Origin: Klebsormidium nitens
Taxonomy: Eukaryota > Plantae > Klebsormidiophyceae
NCBI GenBank assembly: GCA_000708835.1
Contig: DF236962.1
Location: 124,001 to 188,000, forward strand
Reading direction: 5' to 3'
DNA: 64,000 bases
Each line of letters opens with the position of its first letter. Position 1 is the stretch's first letter. Shown here in pieces: positions 62,477 through 64,000 of the stretch. The notes below the pieces were generated by a model. It did no database searches, was not told where the DNA came from, and saw only the letters and a list, made by a program, of their open reading frames with translations. The position numbers were made by a program, and so were the translations under genes.

Positions 62477-63538
62477 AAATGCGCTGGAGCACAGTCGCGC
62501 CGGGCCATTGCGGAAGCTGCGGCGGGCGAACTGGCGGTGGTCCCAATGCCCCCAAACAACGAAGACGTGATCCCGGATCTGATCTACAACCGCGAAACCG
62601 CTTCCGCAAGGAAAAAGACAAATAGAAAACTTCTAGTGTCCCCAGGCTTAGCACGGACAATCTGCCCCGTAGCAGCATTGAAACATCTCATTCGCACATG
62701 ACATTCGATCCATGCATGCAGATCTGGTACATGCTCGCTAGAACAACTCGAGTTTGCAAATAATGTAGGTTACTTGCAACTTCCCGGATATGCCTTGCAG
62801 CCGTAGCAAGCTGTCTAGAGTCGAATCCACCCGTCCCGGATCGCAGTCGGAGGTACCGTGCTTGATGACGGACCATGAGGGTAATGGCGTTAGTAAAGAA
62901 AAGGATGCTGCATTGACTGGATATGCAGGCAACAATTGCATGCATGCTTTATGGATGGACGTATGCGTACATACAAACTCAGACCCATTCAACGCCGAAC
63001 GATGAGGCATAAATACGTGCACCGTCCGTAAAAGTTTAATAAAGCGATTCAAGTCGAGTATTGTTCTCCAAATGGCTTTGCACTAACCTGTCGACTTCAA
63101 CCTACATACGTTAAGCTCTGCCGTTGAAGCTCTTTGTAAATGACCATCACCTCTGTAGCGCGTGCTAATACCGTAATTTATGGCAAAGGCTCTTTAATCA
63201 GCTCAGAAGGTGTGATGGATCGCGCCCGCGCACTTATCTCGATTAAATCTTCGCTACAACCGGTGACCTTGTATTGACAAGAGCCTACGTTTTCTATATC
63301 CATTGCTCCGAGTTCCACCCCCAAATCTTTTTTGGACGACAGCTGACGTAAAGTGATAAGGCATTGGTCGCCAACTACTAGTCCCTAGCCAGCTTGAAAG
63401 GAACTCCATACCTAGATTCACATGCTTATAAAATGCAAAGTTCTGTATGCGAAAAACTTGAATGCAGTGTGGACTCGACTGATTATCGAAAACAACTGAG
63501 TGCGCGCCGCGAGCTTAAAGATAATAAGGAGTAACACA

Positions 63539-63632
63539 CTAGCTTGCGCTCTCGACTTTGAATCCCGTCCCCTTGACGAAGTCTTTCAAAACGACAACCA
63601 CATCCTGGAACGCGGGCCGTCCCCGAGGATCC
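63539..63632 (-). CDS. Probable last exon of a protein kinase (subdomain XI); the rest of the gene would lie beyond the right edge
   Basis: CGCGCAG|G-GAT-CCT-CGG... reads DPRGRPAFQDVVVVLKDFVKGTGFKVESAS*, matching the kinase C-terminal 'DP..RP.F..iv..L' motif. Only a short fragment is visible. Confidence 0.5.
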
Positions 63633-64000
63633 CTGCGCGCGAGATATGTTACGATTCACATTGTAGTAGAATTTGGAAGCTCGAACAAACGAGTAAATCA
63701 TGATTGTCCATCGCTGAGAAGCGAACGTTCACAGCCCAGGCAACGACTGACGATCAGCCGCGTAAAACGGACACTGTCTTTTTCAGGTTACAAATGTGAA
63801 ACCTTTCAGCGAACTGTTCGACCAGTATTTTCCTTAAGCAGGAAGAGGACGAATTGCTGATTTGCGACATACCACTTATGGCCCTCTTAAAAACAACCGA
63901 GCACGTTCACTGCACCACAATTACCGCAAAGCAACGCAACTGGACAACCTGTTACTCAACACCGAGCCTCACCGTTTCCAACAGTTGCGTATGAGCGAAG

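Overview
Eukaryotic, intron-rich genomic DNA with GC-rich exons, GT(GC)-AG introns and two assembly gaps (6766-7205, 39298-39875). The gene content (plastid-type Nudix, plant-type tRNA, ciliary CEP164) and TTTTAGGG-like tracts suggest a streptophyte alga such as Klebsormidium; this is an inference. Contents in order: (1) NUDX14-like ADP-sugar pyrophosphatase (minus strand, runs off the left edge), whose 2.9 kb intron holds a decayed P-loop/D5-like helicase relic; (2) an intron-containing tRNA-Gly(GCC); (3) an 11-exon TRF-like protein with AT-hooks, an ADD-type all-Cys PHD finger and a telobox Myb domain (minus); (4) a 22-exon CEP164 homolog (plus); (5) a ~3,900 aa VPS13B-like bridge lipid-transfer gene with a frameshift in a G13 run (plus); (6) an unusual gene with ~22 tandem 23-aa LRRs N-terminal to a membrane-anchored KAP-family P-loop NTPase, interrupted by one in-frame TGA (minus); (7) a diverged copy of a VPS13 exon fragment; (8) a probable last exon of a protein kinase at the right edge. 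Main signals: the LRR-KAP receptor-like architecture, recurrent decaying tandem 'echo' copies of splice junctions inside introns, and strong frame-independent enrichment of bZIP-type ACGT motifs (TGACGTCAGC, CACGTGGC) inside coding exons. All exon models and motif counts were made by eye.
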